A DNA stretch of 64,000 nt. It comes from a virus. Below, in pieces: positions 7,740 through 18,003 of the stretch. The stretch lies in IMG/VR virus record IMGVR_UViG_3300021335_000004. One strand, written 5' to 3'. Each line of letters begins with the position of its first letter. Within the stretch, counting starts at the first letter, position 1. The notes under the pieces are model-generated. The model saw only the letters and a list, made by a program, of their open reading frames with translations. It did no database searches and had not been told where the DNA came from. A program made the position numbers and the translations under genes.

Positions 7740-8466
7740 AGTTTTATTAATAGGAGATAGTTGTACAGATATTTATCACTATGGTACTATAGATAGAATT
7801 AGTCCAGAAGCACCCATACCGGTTTTATTAACAAAAAACTTATTAACATGCCCTGGGATGGCTGCAAATGTAAATAATAATCTTAAAGCTTTTAACATAG
7901 ACACTGATTTTATTACTAATGAAGAACCTATAACAAAAACTAGATTTTTAGATATTAAAACTGGACAACATCTGCTAAGAGTTGATAAAGAAAAGACGTT
8001 AAAAGAAATTAATGAATTACCAAAACTAGATAAATATACTGCAATAGTTATTAGTGATTATAATAAAGGTTTCTTATCTTATAATCATATAGAGCAAATT
8101 ATTAATACTTCTAAAGTACCGGTATTTATTGATACTAAAAAGCGAGATTTAAAAAGGTTTAAGAACGCAATAGTAAAGATTAATGAACGAGAATTTAAAA
8201 ATAGAACAAGTGATTGTGATGATATCATTGTTACTTTAGGGTCTAATGGGGTTTTATATAAAGATAATATTATACCAGCACCTAAAGTAGAAGTATTTGA
8301 TGTTTGTGGGGCTGGAGATACCTTCTTATCTGCTTTAGTATGTAAATACATAAATTCAAAAGATATGATAGCATCAATAAATTTTGCAAATAAAGCAGCA
8401 GCAATTACTGTACAGCACAGCGGTGTTTATAGTTTAACAAAAAAGGATTTAATCAATATATCATGA
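7732..8466 (+). CDS. hldA: D-glycero-D-manno-heptose-7-phosphate kinase (RfaE domain I, PfkB family)
   Basis: 'RISPEAPIPV', 'ISDYNKG', 'DVCGAGDTF'. Confidence 0.85.
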   Translation: MSKVLLIGDSCTDIYHYGTIDRISPEAPIPVLLTKNLLTCPGMAANVNNNLKAFNIDTDFITNEEPITKTRFLDIKTGQHLLRVDKEKTLKEINELPKLDKYTAIVISDYNKGFLSYNHIEQIINTSKVPVFIDTKKRDLKRFKNAIVKINEREFKNRTSDCDDIIVTLGSNGVLYKDNIIPAPKVEVFDVCGAGDTFLSALVCKYINSKDMIASINFANKAAAITVQHSGVYSLTKKDLINIS

Positions 8467-9227
8467 GTAAAACATTGTTTTTATTTTGGCACGGACTTGG
8501 GGATAACATTCTAGCAACACCTGCTATTAAAAAATACAAAGAATCTACAGGAAACTATGTAGGGTGGATGATGCTTGATCGTTTTAAACCTGCAAAGCTT
8601 TTTGATAATAATCCTTATGTCGATCAAATTCATTGGAGTGTAGATGCTTGGCATGTAGCAGGTTTTGATAGAATACAAGAGGGGTCTGTGATAGCGATTA
8701 ATAATGCTAAAAAAGAAGCTTTAGAGCATGGTTATGATGAATTAATTGTGGTAGACCACTCAAGTAGTAGAAAACATAAAATATATAGAACAGCGGATGA
8801 AATGGAAGTTACTTTAGAAAAAAACGAAATTCATACAGAGTGTTACTTTGAAGAAGATGTTTCTCAATGGTATGAAGAAACAGGTATTAAGTTACCCAAC
8901 GAGTTTATTTTCTTTTCTGGAAATACCGGACTAGAAAGAAAAAATTTAAATAAATCGTATATTCAAAAGTGGGAACAAGAAAATAATTTAGATCTTCCAG
9001 TTATATCCCCTGATTGGACGTGGGATATTAAAAAAATCCCTATGTCATTTGCTGCTGATATAATGAAAAAAGCAACATATAGAATATTGGCTGATTCTGC
9101 GTTATACCACGTAGCTCACGCTTTAGATCTTGATGTTGATATAGCTTATTTTCAAAGAGGACAAGAAGTCTGGGATGTAGTAAAACCATTACACTTTAAT
9201 TATGAAAAGGTTATTTATAATGCTTGA
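8463..9227 (+). CDS. GT9-like glycosyltransferase
   Basis: 'GLGDNILATPAIK', 'NNPYVDQI', 'DSALYHVAHAL'. Confidence 0.7.
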   Translation: MSKTLFLFWHGLGDNILATPAIKKYKESTGNYVGWMMLDRFKPAKLFDNNPYVDQIHWSVDAWHVAGFDRIQEGSVIAINNAKKEALEHGYDELIVVDHSSSRKHKIYRTADEMEVTLEKNEIHTECYFEEDVSQWYEETGIKLPNEFIFFSGNTGLERKNLNKSYIQKWEQENNLDLPVISPDWTWDIKKIPMSFAADIMKKATYRILADSALYHVAHALDLDVDIAYFQRGQEVWDVVKPLHFNYEKVIYNA

Positions 9228-9840
9228 AAAACCACCGTTTGTCAACGATCATTGGTTAGATATACGTCATGTCTCTATAGTAGATGCATTACCTGTATAT
9301 GAAACAAAAAAAGAAGTTCTTAATGTTGGTTGCGGAGTACCGCAGTTAGATCAATATTTAGCAGATATAGGTTGGGATGTTACTCCAACTGATTATATTC
9401 CAGAACGTAGTAAATACCCAGAGTTCGAAGAGAGAATGAAAGCTCGTGGAATTACATTGAAAGTAGTAAATACAAACATATTTGATCTTTCAACTTTTCC
9501 AAAAAATTCTTATGAGTGTGTGATATGCTCTGAAGTATTAGAACATTTAGTAGATTATAAAAAAGCTTTTGAAAATTTACTACAACTAACTGAACGAAGA
9601 CTAATTTTAACATTTCCTTGGGCGCGTTCTTTTATGGATGCTGCACCCCCGCCAAAAGGACATTGTAACTTTTGGAATGATGACGGAACAGCGGGCTATA
9701 AAAATGTACACGAACTAGTAGAAATGGCAAGACCATATGCGACTTCTGTGCAAAAAATTAGAACAAAACCAAAAGATGTAGAATTAAATCAACTAGATTA
9801 TTTAATTATAGTTGATAAACAACAAGCATGGAATGTGTAG
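9220..9840 (+). CDS. class I SAM-dependent methyltransferase
   Basis: 'VLNVGCG', 'YECVICSEVLEHL'. Confidence 0.8.
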   Translation: MLEKPPFVNDHWLDIRHVSIVDALPVYETKKEVLNVGCGVPQLDQYLADIGWDVTPTDYIPERSKYPEFEERMKARGITLKVVNTNIFDLSTFPKNSYECVICSEVLEHLVDYKKAFENLLQLTERRLILTFPWARSFMDAAPPPKGHCNFWNDDGTAGYKNVHELVEMARPYATSVQKIRTKPKDVELNQLDYLIIVDKQQAWNV

Positions 9841-9857
9841 TATAAGGAAAAATAAAA

Positions 9858-10577
9858 ATGGAAATTATTCAACATCAATTATTAGGTAAATTACATTTTC
9901 CAAAGTCAGCTGTTGGCGATATGAGGTATATTAGCTCTTTCAAAGAAACACCGCCATACTATGAAACTTTTAATTTATTTAAAGATTATATTACACAAGA
10001 TAGTGTCTTTTTTGATATTGGTGCCCATTTTGGTTGTATATCACTTCAATATTTAAAATTATTAGAGGAAAAAAAGATAACAGCTGAAGTATGCGCTTTT
10101 GAAGTTAATCCAGTGGTTTATGATTGCTTATCTAAAAATTTGTTAGCAAACCACGGAAACTATAACAACAAAGTTAAGTGTTATAATAAAGCTGTGTCTT
10201 ATTCAGATAATGAAAAAATTAGCTATAATATTCCTGCACCCTTAACAGGATTTACATGGGATAGTTATGGTTCTTTTGGAATTGAAAATGGAGGCCCAAG
10301 AACAGATCAATTTATTGATATAGAAACCCTATCTATTGATAATTTAAATAAAAAAGTAGACATTGTTAAAATTGATGTAGAAGGCTATGAAAAAAATGTT
10401 CTTTTAGGGATGAAAAAAACAATTATGAATTATAAACCAGTGATAGTAATCGAACTTAATCACAATTCCGAAAAAGATAAAAGTTTTATTCTAAATTTTT
10501 TTAAGGAATTAGGTTATTCTATTAAAAAAGAAAATGGAAAAGATGATTATCTTTTTACATATGATACAGAAGGGTAA
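9858..10577 (+). CDS. FkbM-family methyltransferase
   Basis: 'FDIGAHFG', 'KIDVEGYE', 'KPVIVIE'. Confidence 0.85.
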   Translation: MEIIQHQLLGKLHFPKSAVGDMRYISSFKETPPYYETFNLFKDYITQDSVFFDIGAHFGCISLQYLKLLEEKKITAEVCAFEVNPVVYDCLSKNLLANHGNYNNKVKCYNKAVSYSDNEKISYNIPAPLTGFTWDSYGSFGIENGGPRTDQFIDIETLSIDNLNKKVDIVKIDVEGYEKNVLLGMKKTIMNYKPVIVIELNHNSEKDKSFILNFFKELGYSIKKENGKDDYLFTYDTEG

Positions 10578-10582
10578 TAAAA

Positions 10583-11194
10583 ATGGAAGAGTATTTAAAA
10601 AGCGGTACAGAAAAATTTCTACAACTAGTAGGTGATATAGATGTATTCATAGACTGTGGAGTAGGCATAAAAGGAAGCGAAGCGTGGACAATAAACAGGC
10701 TTCGTCCTGATTGTGAAATTATCGGATTTGAACCAGAGCATAGAAGGTTTGATGAATTATCTAAAATTTTTCCAGGAGAGCTTATAAAACTAGCTATCGC
10801 AGAAAATGATGGTACAATAGAAGGATTTATGGGGCACGAAAAAGGTAAAGCTGATTTTTGGTTAATTGCGGGAGAAAATGCTCCGGCAGGTTCCTATATA
10901 AAAGAAGAAGTTAAATGTACTAGACTAGATACTTTTATAAATGATAGAGGGCTACAAGATAAAAAAATTGCAGTATGGGCAGACATAGAAGGAAGCGAAC
11001 TCATAATGCTAAGAAGTTGCGGAATATTTTTAGATTCTATCGTAGGGTTTAATTTAGAGATGCACCCTGATCATATTCAAGAACAGAAATCATATACCCG
11101 TCAAGAAGTAACTGACTACTTAGAACAGAAAAACTATATAAAATATCATAACTATGGTAGTGACTTTGCCTTTATAAATAGGAAATACCAATGA
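10583..11194 (+). CDS. FkbM-like methyltransferase
   Basis: 'FIDCGVG', 'GFEPE', 'RLD', 'DIEGSEL'. Confidence 0.7.
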   Translation: MEEYLKSGTEKFLQLVGDIDVFIDCGVGIKGSEAWTINRLRPDCEIIGFEPEHRRFDELSKIFPGELIKLAIAENDGTIEGFMGHEKGKADFWLIAGENAPAGSYIKEEVKCTRLDTFINDRGLQDKKIAVWADIEGSELIMLRSCGIFLDSIVGFNLEMHPDHIQEQKSYTRQEVTDYLEQKNYIKYHNYGSDFAFINRKYQ

Positions 11195-12195
11195 AAGTTT
11201 TTGTTACAGGGGTCGGAGGATTCTTAGGACACCATATCGCAGTTCGTATGCACGAATTAGGATGGAAAGTAGCAGGTAATGATACTTTTATAGGAGGAGA
11301 AGAAGATAATGTTCCTTCTTTTGTAGATTTTACTCTAAGTGATTGTTGTGATTTTAAAGCGATGAAAAATGCAATGGAAGGTTGTGATTTAGTTTATCAC
11401 TGTGCTGCAACAGCACACGAAGGATTATCTGTATTTTCTCCTTCATTTATTACTCGTAATATATTTGAAGCCTCTGTCACTACTTTTTCTGCAGCAATTG
11501 CTGCAAAAGTAAATCGTATAGTGTTTTGCACATCAATGGCGAGATATGGAGAGCAGAAACCTCCTTTTACCGAAAATATGAAACCGTCACCAGTAGATCC
11601 TTATGGGATAGCTAAGGTAGCCGCAGAAGATGTTTTAAAAGTATTAGGAAAAGTTCATAACATAGAGTGGAATATAGCAGTACCTCATAATATAGTAGGA
11701 GAATATCAAAAATATGATGATCCCTTTAGAAATGTAATGAGTATTATGTTAAATAGAAATCTTCAAGGTAAGCCTTCTATTATTTATGGTGATGGAGAGC
11801 AAACACGTTGTTTTTCTTATGTAGATGATTGTGTACAGTGTTTAGAAAAAATGGGCACACAAGAAAATATTGTATATGAAACTATAAATATCGGTCCGGA
11901 CGAAGAATCAATCACTATTAAAGAACTAGCCGAATTTTGTGCAAACGAAACAGGATTAAATCAAGACCCAATTTATTATACGCAAGGAAGACCACAAGAA
12001 GTAAAACACGCTACTTGTTCTTCTGATAAAGCAAGAAAACTATTAGGGTATAAAACAACTACTACGGTTGAAGAATCGGTAACAAAGACAGCAAATTGGA
12101 TTAGAGAAAAAGGTACAAAACCTTTTAAGTATCATTTACCTTTAGAAATTGTAAATGAAAAAACTCCTAAAACTTGGACAGAAAAGAGATTTTAA
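11191..12195 (+). CDS. NAD-dependent nucleotide-sugar epimerase/dehydratase
   Basis: 'VTGVGGFLG', 'YGIAK', 'GDGEQTRCFSYVDD'. Confidence 0.88.
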   Translation: MKVFVTGVGGFLGHHIAVRMHELGWKVAGNDTFIGGEEDNVPSFVDFTLSDCCDFKAMKNAMEGCDLVYHCAATAHEGLSVFSPSFITRNIFEASVTTFSAAIAAKVNRIVFCTSMARYGEQKPPFTENMKPSPVDPYGIAKVAAEDVLKVLGKVHNIEWNIAVPHNIVGEYQKYDDPFRNVMSIMLNRNLQGKPSIIYGDGEQTRCFSYVDDCVQCLEKMGTQENIVYETINIGPDEESITIKELAEFCANETGLNQDPIYYTQGRPQEVKHATCSSDKARKLLGYKTTTTVEESVTKTANWIREKGTKPFKYHLPLEIVNEKTPKTWTEKRF

Positions 12196-12347
12196 TGTTA
12201 TCTAGTAGTGAGTGGTCATCATTAATGGTTCTTAGATCTGAATTAGAAGATTTAAAAATACGAAATATACACCCAAACAAAGAAACTAAAATTGTTATTA
12301 ACTGGTTAGAAAACAAAGTTACAGAACTAGAAAAGAGAAAGCCTTAA
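12195..12347 (+). CDS. small hypothetical protein
   Basis: 50 aa ORF coupled by TAATG overlaps at both ends. Confidence 0.55.
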   Translation: MLSSSEWSSLMVLRSELEDLKIRNIHPNKETKIVINWLENKVTELEKRKP

Positions 12348-13081
12348 TGTTTACTATTATTACTCCATATGTGTTTGATGAAGAGATTGCAGAATTTAAA
12401 AATAAGCTACCGTGGGGAGTTCCTGCACTTTTAGAAAAAGATACAAACAAAATAGGCCCAGATTTAATGTATCAAAAGTTATGGAATTCGTGCGATACAG
12501 ATATTTTTATTATGCATGCAGATATGGCTCCTCACGAAGACGCAGAGGATTGGGATGAAAAACTATTAGAATATGTAGAAAAATACCCAGAAGCAGGAAT
12601 ACTAGGATTAAAATTGATATATCCTGGATCTCATAATAATAAGCAAGTTATTGAGTGTGCTGGCGGTAAATTTACAGATAATAAACCGGACCACTATGGG
12701 TCTGGGTTAGAATTATTTAGTGGTCATAAATGGAAAGAACTGGAATATGATGAAGGCCAGTATGATAAAGTACGAGAAGTTGCTTGGTATACTTTTGGAG
12801 GTATTTATATTAGAAGAGAGTTACTAAATAGAGTAGGAGACTTTGATCCTAGATATATTTGGAGTTATAACAGAGATGTTGATTACTGTTTAGAAGCTAG
12901 AAAAGCTGGTTGGAGAATATATCAATTACCTATTCCAATGTATCATTTTCAAAGTAAGGATGTAAAAAGAATTAAAACACAAGAAAATGCTGACGCAGAG
13001 TTGCATAATCTTAATGTTTTACAAAATAAATGGGCAAACAGTCCTTTTTATAGTACTGTAGATAGGGTAGCAAAAAAATGA
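12347..13081 (+). CDS. GT2-family glycosyltransferase
   Basis: 'IMHADM', 'VGDFD...DVDYCLEARKAGW'. Confidence 0.8.
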   Translation: MFTIITPYVFDEEIAEFKNKLPWGVPALLEKDTNKIGPDLMYQKLWNSCDTDIFIMHADMAPHEDAEDWDEKLLEYVEKYPEAGILGLKLIYPGSHNNKQVIECAGGKFTDNKPDHYGSGLELFSGHKWKELEYDEGQYDKVREVAWYTFGGIYIRRELLNRVGDFDPRYIWSYNRDVDYCLEARKAGWRIYQLPIPMYHFQSKDVKRIKTQENADAELHNLNVLQNKWANSPFYSTVDRVAKK

Positions 13082-13323
13082 AGTCTAAATTAGTAAACTA
13101 TGAACAACTTGAAGAAATGTTTAAAAAGCACGATGTAGACAATAAGATGTCTAGCACAATATCATCCCAAGTTTTTGAAAAACTATTTGTAGTAGTAACA
13201 ACTATTCTTATAGTCTTAGTAGGAATATCTTTGTTTATAATTATGTTTCCCTTTTTTATAGTAGAAGCACTTTTAATAGGAATTTATAGAGGAATAAAAA
13301 ATGCAAAAAAAATCAGCGATTAG
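13078..13323 (+). CDS. small membrane protein
   Basis: long hydrophobic stretch. Confidence 0.6.
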   Translation: MKSKLVNYEQLEEMFKKHDVDNKMSSTISSQVFEKLFVVVTTILIVLVGISLFIIMFPFFIVEALLIGIYRGIKNAKKISD

Positions 13324-14137
13324 TTTAATTAGTTACGACGCAGAGTATTTACCTGCAAGTATTATGTCATATTATGCTTATGTAGACGAGATTGTGTTAG
13401 GATTAGATAAAAATAGAAAAACTTGGGCAGGCAATAGTTTTAGCTTCGATGAACAAGATTTGTTTAAAAAACTATCTGTAATTGATGGAGATAATAAAAT
13501 TACTGTTGTTGAAGAAGATTTTTATAAGTCTGATGTCTTTATTAATAACGATAATTATGAAAGAAATTATTTAAAAAGTCATTGTTCACATGATTGGTTA
13601 TTTAGTTTTGACGCAGATGAAGAATTATTAAACGCTAATCATTTTTTTGAAAGCTATTTACCTCTTGTAGAGCCTTACTATAAAGATTATGATTTAGCTT
13701 TTAATTGGTTTTTACCTTATAAAGAGTTTGAAGATAGTTATTTAGTAATTACAGATGAGAGAGGTAATTGGAATTTACAAGAAACTCAAGGATTTGCTAA
13801 TTGGAAAAACTATGAATTTGTTTATGCTCGTTGGACTAATAATGCTCAAGGAGCAAAAAGAGTACTTGCAACCCCTCTAGCTATTTTACATTGGAGTATT
13901 TGTAGAAAAGAGAAAGAGTTAAATCAAAAAATTCATAATATAGGTCATGCAGATATTGTTGATGAAGATCCATTCTATGATATTTGGAGAAATATCAATC
14001 TGGGTAACTTTAATGAATTACGTAATTTTAAAACTTCAGGATTCGGTGATCCATCTCAGTGGTCGAGACTTACACAGATTTCAAAAGAAGAATTTAGAAA
14101 AAAAGCAGTAGAACAAGCAAATATGATTGGAATTTAA
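13301..14137 (+). CDS. GT2-like glycosyltransferase
   Basis: 'YVDEIVL', 'DWLFSFDADE'. Confidence 0.7.
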   Translation: MQKKSAISLISYDAEYLPASIMSYYAYVDEIVLGLDKNRKTWAGNSFSFDEQDLFKKLSVIDGDNKITVVEEDFYKSDVFINNDNYERNYLKSHCSHDWLFSFDADEELLNANHFFESYLPLVEPYYKDYDLAFNWFLPYKEFEDSYLVITDERGNWNLQETQGFANWKNYEFVYARWTNNAQGAKRVLATPLAILHWSICRKEKELNQKIHNIGHADIVDEDPFYDIWRNINLGNFNELRNFKTSGFGDPSQWSRLTQISKEEFRKKAVEQANMIGI

Positions 14138-14139
14138 AG

Positions 14140-15288
14140 ATGAGAAAAGTAGAAATAATTGGTAAATTTTTTGATAACCACAGTCTTGCTATCATTAATA
14201 GAAAACTTGCAATTGGTTTATCAGAAGTAGATAATATAGAGGTATTTATTAATCCTCTAGACCAGTATGATCCACAATACAATGTGTCTAGCACTGATTT
14301 AAAGGCACTAAAAAAGTTAATGAAAAATATAGATGAAGAACCAGATATTCAAATTAGACATACTTATCCTCCAATATGGAAATGGCCTGTTTCTGATAAA
14401 ACAAAAGTATTTCAAATTCAGCCTTGGGAATATAGAAAACTGCCTTTTGAATGGCAATATAAGTTTGAGACTTTTGTAGATAAAGTTATTACCCCTTCTA
14501 ATTGGACTGCAAACATATATAAAGATGCAGGACTAAGACCTAATAAGGTAGAAGTAATTCCAAACGGTTATGATACAAAACATTTTAATACTAAAAATAA
14601 AAATTTAAATGATAAATACACATTTGTCTTTGTTGGAAATGCTCAGTGGAGAAAAGGTTTAGATATTTTACTACAGATATGGAGTCAAGTGTTTAAAAAA
14701 GAAGATAATGCAAAATTAATTATTAAAGACAACCCTGCTGTTTATGGTGATTATAAAATTGTACCTCAAATTCTTAAATTACAGTACGATACTGGTTGTG
14801 CTGAGATTGAATATAATGACAAACAAATGAGCGAGATTGATATGAGTCGCATGTTTAAATCTAGTCATACAGTAGTACATCCTTATAGAGGAGAAGGTTT
14901 TGGTATGCATATTCAAGAAGCTATGGCTTGTGGTTGTTTCCCTTTAGTAACAGGAGACGGTCCTACAGATGAATTTGTTAAAGATGATCTTTGTAGAATT
15001 CCTCCTAAATATGTAACTGTAAAAGCAGATGATCCTAAAGTTATGATGATGAAACCAGGGGATGCTTTAACAACAATGGGAGGGCACGCTATTGCTACAG
15101 AACCTGATATTCAAGATTTAGCAGGTAAAATGAGAGCGTGTTATGATAGAAATATAACAGGTAGAGATTATTCAAAAGATTTATTTACTTGGGAAGATAT
15201 AGTAGAACGCTACGCCGCGTTAATCAACTCCGTTGATATGGACGAACCTACTGCCAGAATTTTGGCGCAAGGGTGGCGTACTACTTGA
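14140..15288 (+). CDS. GT4-family glycosyltransferase
   Basis: 'RKGLDILL', 'PYRGEGFGMHIQEAMACG'. Confidence 0.85.
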   Translation: MRKVEIIGKFFDNHSLAIINRKLAIGLSEVDNIEVFINPLDQYDPQYNVSSTDLKALKKLMKNIDEEPDIQIRHTYPPIWKWPVSDKTKVFQIQPWEYRKLPFEWQYKFETFVDKVITPSNWTANIYKDAGLRPNKVEVIPNGYDTKHFNTKNKNLNDKYTFVFVGNAQWRKGLDILLQIWSQVFKKEDNAKLIIKDNPAVYGDYKIVPQILKLQYDTGCAEIEYNDKQMSEIDMSRMFKSSHTVVHPYRGEGFGMHIQEAMACGCFPLVTGDGPTDEFVKDDLCRIPPKYVTVKADDPKVMMMKPGDALTTMGGHAIATEPDIQDLAGKMRACYDRNITGRDYSKDLFTWEDIVERYAALINSVDMDEPTARILAQGWRTT

Positions 15289-15453
15289 ATGCACTCCGTG
15301 CATATACAAATAACGCATGATAATTTAGGGAAAGCCATGTGACATCTAGATTAAATTGCGTCAAATCTACGATTCAATTAATTTAAGTACGCTGTTAAAT
15401 ACGAGTATAAAGTAACATAAATTTTGACAAAGCGCAAATATAAAATTTTTACT
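15289..15453 (-). other. non-coding module copy A (promoter, AT-rich tract, CATGGCTTTCCCTA motif, GGA-triloop hairpin); candidate origin or ncRNA
   Basis: homologous to 53502-53674; see findings. Confidence 0.5.
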
Positions 15454-15487
15454 CTTGATATTAAGCTGTACTAAAAGAAAGGAAAAC

Positions 15488-15766
15488 ATGGAAAACGAAA
15501 CAGAACGTAGTTTTGGAACTGCGTACAAGAAAGCAAACGGAAATGAGATTCGTGTAACCTATAATGAATTTCGAGGAGTCGCCTATGTTCACATTCGTGA
15601 ATATAATATGGACGGCGACTCGGGAAATTGGTATCCTACGTCTAAAGGCTACGCCTTACTCGCAGACGAAACTACATCCGTGGCTAAACTACTAGATGAA
15701 GCTGCAGAACACGCAGCTCGCAGACATAGAAAAGGAGGTTCGCATGAGCGTGAAAGCGTGGAGTGA
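15488..15766 (+). CDS. PC4/p15-like ssDNA-binding protein
   Basis: 'IRVTYNEFRGVAYVHIREY..D....WYPTSKG' PC4 motif; T5-like position before ligase. Confidence 0.8.
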   Translation: MENETERSFGTAYKKANGNEIRVTYNEFRGVAYVHIREYNMDGDSGNWYPTSKGYALLADETTSVAKLLDEAAEHAARRHRKGGSHERESVE

Positions 15767-16064
15767 TGAACAAGAGGCAGAATTAATTCGCCTCTACACA
15801 GAAAATAATACAAAAGACGTAAACGAGCTTGGAGAGCATTTTGGTAAAGGATATCGAAGTGTGATTTCTAAACTTGTACAACTACGTATTTATGAAAAGC
15901 CTTCAGACGAAGATAGTGAAGGATCGCGAACAGTAAAAACAATGCTGCGCGATTTAGAAACAATGCTTGATATTGAGATTGAGGGAACTAATCTTAATAA
16001 AAAGTCTAATTTAACCAATCTAGTTATTGCGCTTGAGCGTAAGCTAGTAGAAAAAGACGTTTAG
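15744..16064 (+). CDS. T5 D3-like DNA-binding protein
   Basis: AGGAGG SD; 'WSDEQEAELIRLY...RSVISKL...YEKP' HTH-like; synteny. Confidence 0.55.
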   Translation: MSVKAWSDEQEAELIRLYTENNTKDVNELGEHFGKGYRSVISKLVQLRIYEKPSDEDSEGSRTVKTMLRDLETMLDIEIEGTNLNKKSNLTNLVIALERKLVEKDV

Positions 16065-16067
16065 ACA

Positions 16068-16096
16068 TTGCTTATTCCTCTTTCTTATGATATTAT
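16068..16096 (+). promoter_or_regulatory. sigma70-type promoter for ligase
   Basis: TTGCTT-17 bp-TATTAT with TG upstream of -10. Confidence 0.6.
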
Positions 16097-16120
16097 ATAT
16101 TCAAGATTGAAGGAGAAACT

Positions 16121-17863
16121 ATGGATTATTCGGAACTCAAAAATTTAGTCAAGAAGCTGTCGCATGAATACTATGACCTGGCTCACCCATCAGTTTCTGA
16201 TGAAGAGTGGGACGCTCTATATGATCAGTTGCATACTATCGAATCTCGTCAAGGCTGGAAAGATAGTGACTCTCCTACTCTACGTGTTGGAGGAGAAGCC
16301 GGTAAAGTGCGTCATCCTTTTAAGCTATACTCACTTCAGAAAAGTTATGATTCTACAGAGATTGGTTCTGAATTTAATGTTAGAGTTCCTAAGCTTGATG
16401 GAACTAATCTTTCACTTATCTATCGAGAAGGCAAACTCGATCTAGCTCTTACTCGCGGTAATGGCGAGTATGGAGAAAATGTTACTCACCTAATGAAACA
16501 CTGTGCAGGTGTTCCTCAAAAAATATCAATTGATTCTGCGGTAATTGTTGGTGAATGTGTCACCGATAATACAGTAGACAACTTTCGTAACTATGTTTCT
16601 GGCGCACTCGGATTGAAGAGCGCTGATGAGTTTTCTGAAAGATCGATTCGTTTTATTGCCCACGATTATCTCGGAGTTCGTACAGACTATCGTGCAAGAA
16701 TGTCAATAGTAAAAAATGCGGGCTTCAATATTATTTTTGAAGAAGATTTGTGTGGACAATATCCGCAAGATGGTGTAGTATATAGAATAGATTCATGGAG
16801 CGAGTGTGATCGTTTAGGATATACTTCAAAATATCCACGATTTGCAATTGCTCTTAAAGAGAGGGGAGCATTACTTGCCGTTACTCGTCTACAGTCAGTA
16901 GATTGGGTGGTTGGCCGTACTGGTGCAGTTAATCCTGTAGGACATGTTGATCCTGTAGAAATTGATGGAGCACTAATCTCACGTGTTACTCTACACAATA
17001 TAGAATTCATTGAATCACATAAACTAGGCGTTGGAGACTTAATTCAGATCGAACGCTCTGGAGGAGTTATCCCTAAATTTATCAGTGTTTTAGAAGCTCA
17101 TCCTAGCTCTCAGACTATTGATAAACTTCATGCAGAACAAGCTATTGGGTGTACACTTCGTCGTCAAGGACCAAAACTATTTTGTGATGATGATTCAAAA
17201 CTTTCTACAGTAAAATTACTTGAACACTATATTAGAATAATGGAAATTAAAGGTGTTGGGCCTGCTTCCATTAAGAAGATGGGGTTAACTCATCCAGTAG
17301 ACTTGTATACTCCCCAACCTTGGCATATTCTTGGAGCAAACGGTTCTAAAATACAAGACGAACTTGATCGTTCTAAGACAAAGCCTTATTCTCAAGTGTT
17401 AGCTTCTTTAGGTATTCCTGGAGTAGGTCGATCAATGTCGAGAGATATTGTAGCTATTTTACCTCAGTTCTCACAATTACGGGAGATTGAATACCAGACA
17501 ATAGCAGGCGTCGGTCCTAAAACAGTTGAGAATATACTAACTTGGCTAGAAGTAAACGAAGAATGGGTAGAAACACTTCCTGTTCAACTAAAACAAGATT
17601 TAAGTATTGAACGAGTTTTAGATACTTCTAGTAATAAAAAAGTTTGTGTTACAGGCAAACTTGATATGACACGTAATCAGATATCAGAGCATCTAGCTCA
17701 GTTTGGATATCAAGTTACTAATACTGTAACAAAAGACTGCGTAGCTTTAATCAGTGGTGATGATAATACTGCTAGTTCAAAAGCAAAACGTGCGGAATCG
17801 CTAGGCATAAAAATTATTAATTATTGGAATAATCGTGCAGAGATTCTTAAAGGAATTGTTTAA
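16121..17863 (+). CDS. ligA: NAD-dependent DNA ligase
   Basis: 'YY...PSVSDEEWD', KxDG ('PKLDG'), 'LTRGNG..GE', 'VGRTG', HhH, C-terminal BRCT. Confidence 0.93.
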   Translation: MDYSELKNLVKKLSHEYYDLAHPSVSDEEWDALYDQLHTIESRQGWKDSDSPTLRVGGEAGKVRHPFKLYSLQKSYDSTEIGSEFNVRVPKLDGTNLSLIYREGKLDLALTRGNGEYGENVTHLMKHCAGVPQKISIDSAVIVGECVTDNTVDNFRNYVSGALGLKSADEFSERSIRFIAHDYLGVRTDYRARMSIVKNAGFNIIFEEDLCGQYPQDGVVYRIDSWSECDRLGYTSKYPRFAIALKERGALLAVTRLQSVDWVVGRTGAVNPVGHVDPVEIDGALISRVTLHNIEFIESHKLGVGDLIQIERSGGVIPKFISVLEAHPSSQTIDKLHAEQAIGCTLRRQGPKLFCDDDSKLSTVKLLEHYIRIMEIKGVGPASIKKMGLTHPVDLYTPQPWHILGANGSKIQDELDRSKTKPYSQVLASLGIPGVGRSMSRDIVAILPQFSQLREIEYQTIAGVGPKTVENILTWLEVNEEWVETLPVQLKQDLSIERVLDTSSNKKVCVTGKLDMTRNQISEHLAQFGYQVTNTVTKDCVALISGDDNTASSKAKRAESLGIKIINYWNNRAEILKGIV

Positions 17864-18003
17864 CAACAAGCAATTACTTTAACTTTTTACTTGGTTATAG
17901 CTGAATTTCTCTGATATAATCAATTCATAAAGTTGAGAAAAGAGTTTTTCAACTTCAAATAAAAAAACTAAAACCAACCAACCAACAAAAAAGGAAAATT
18001 AAA

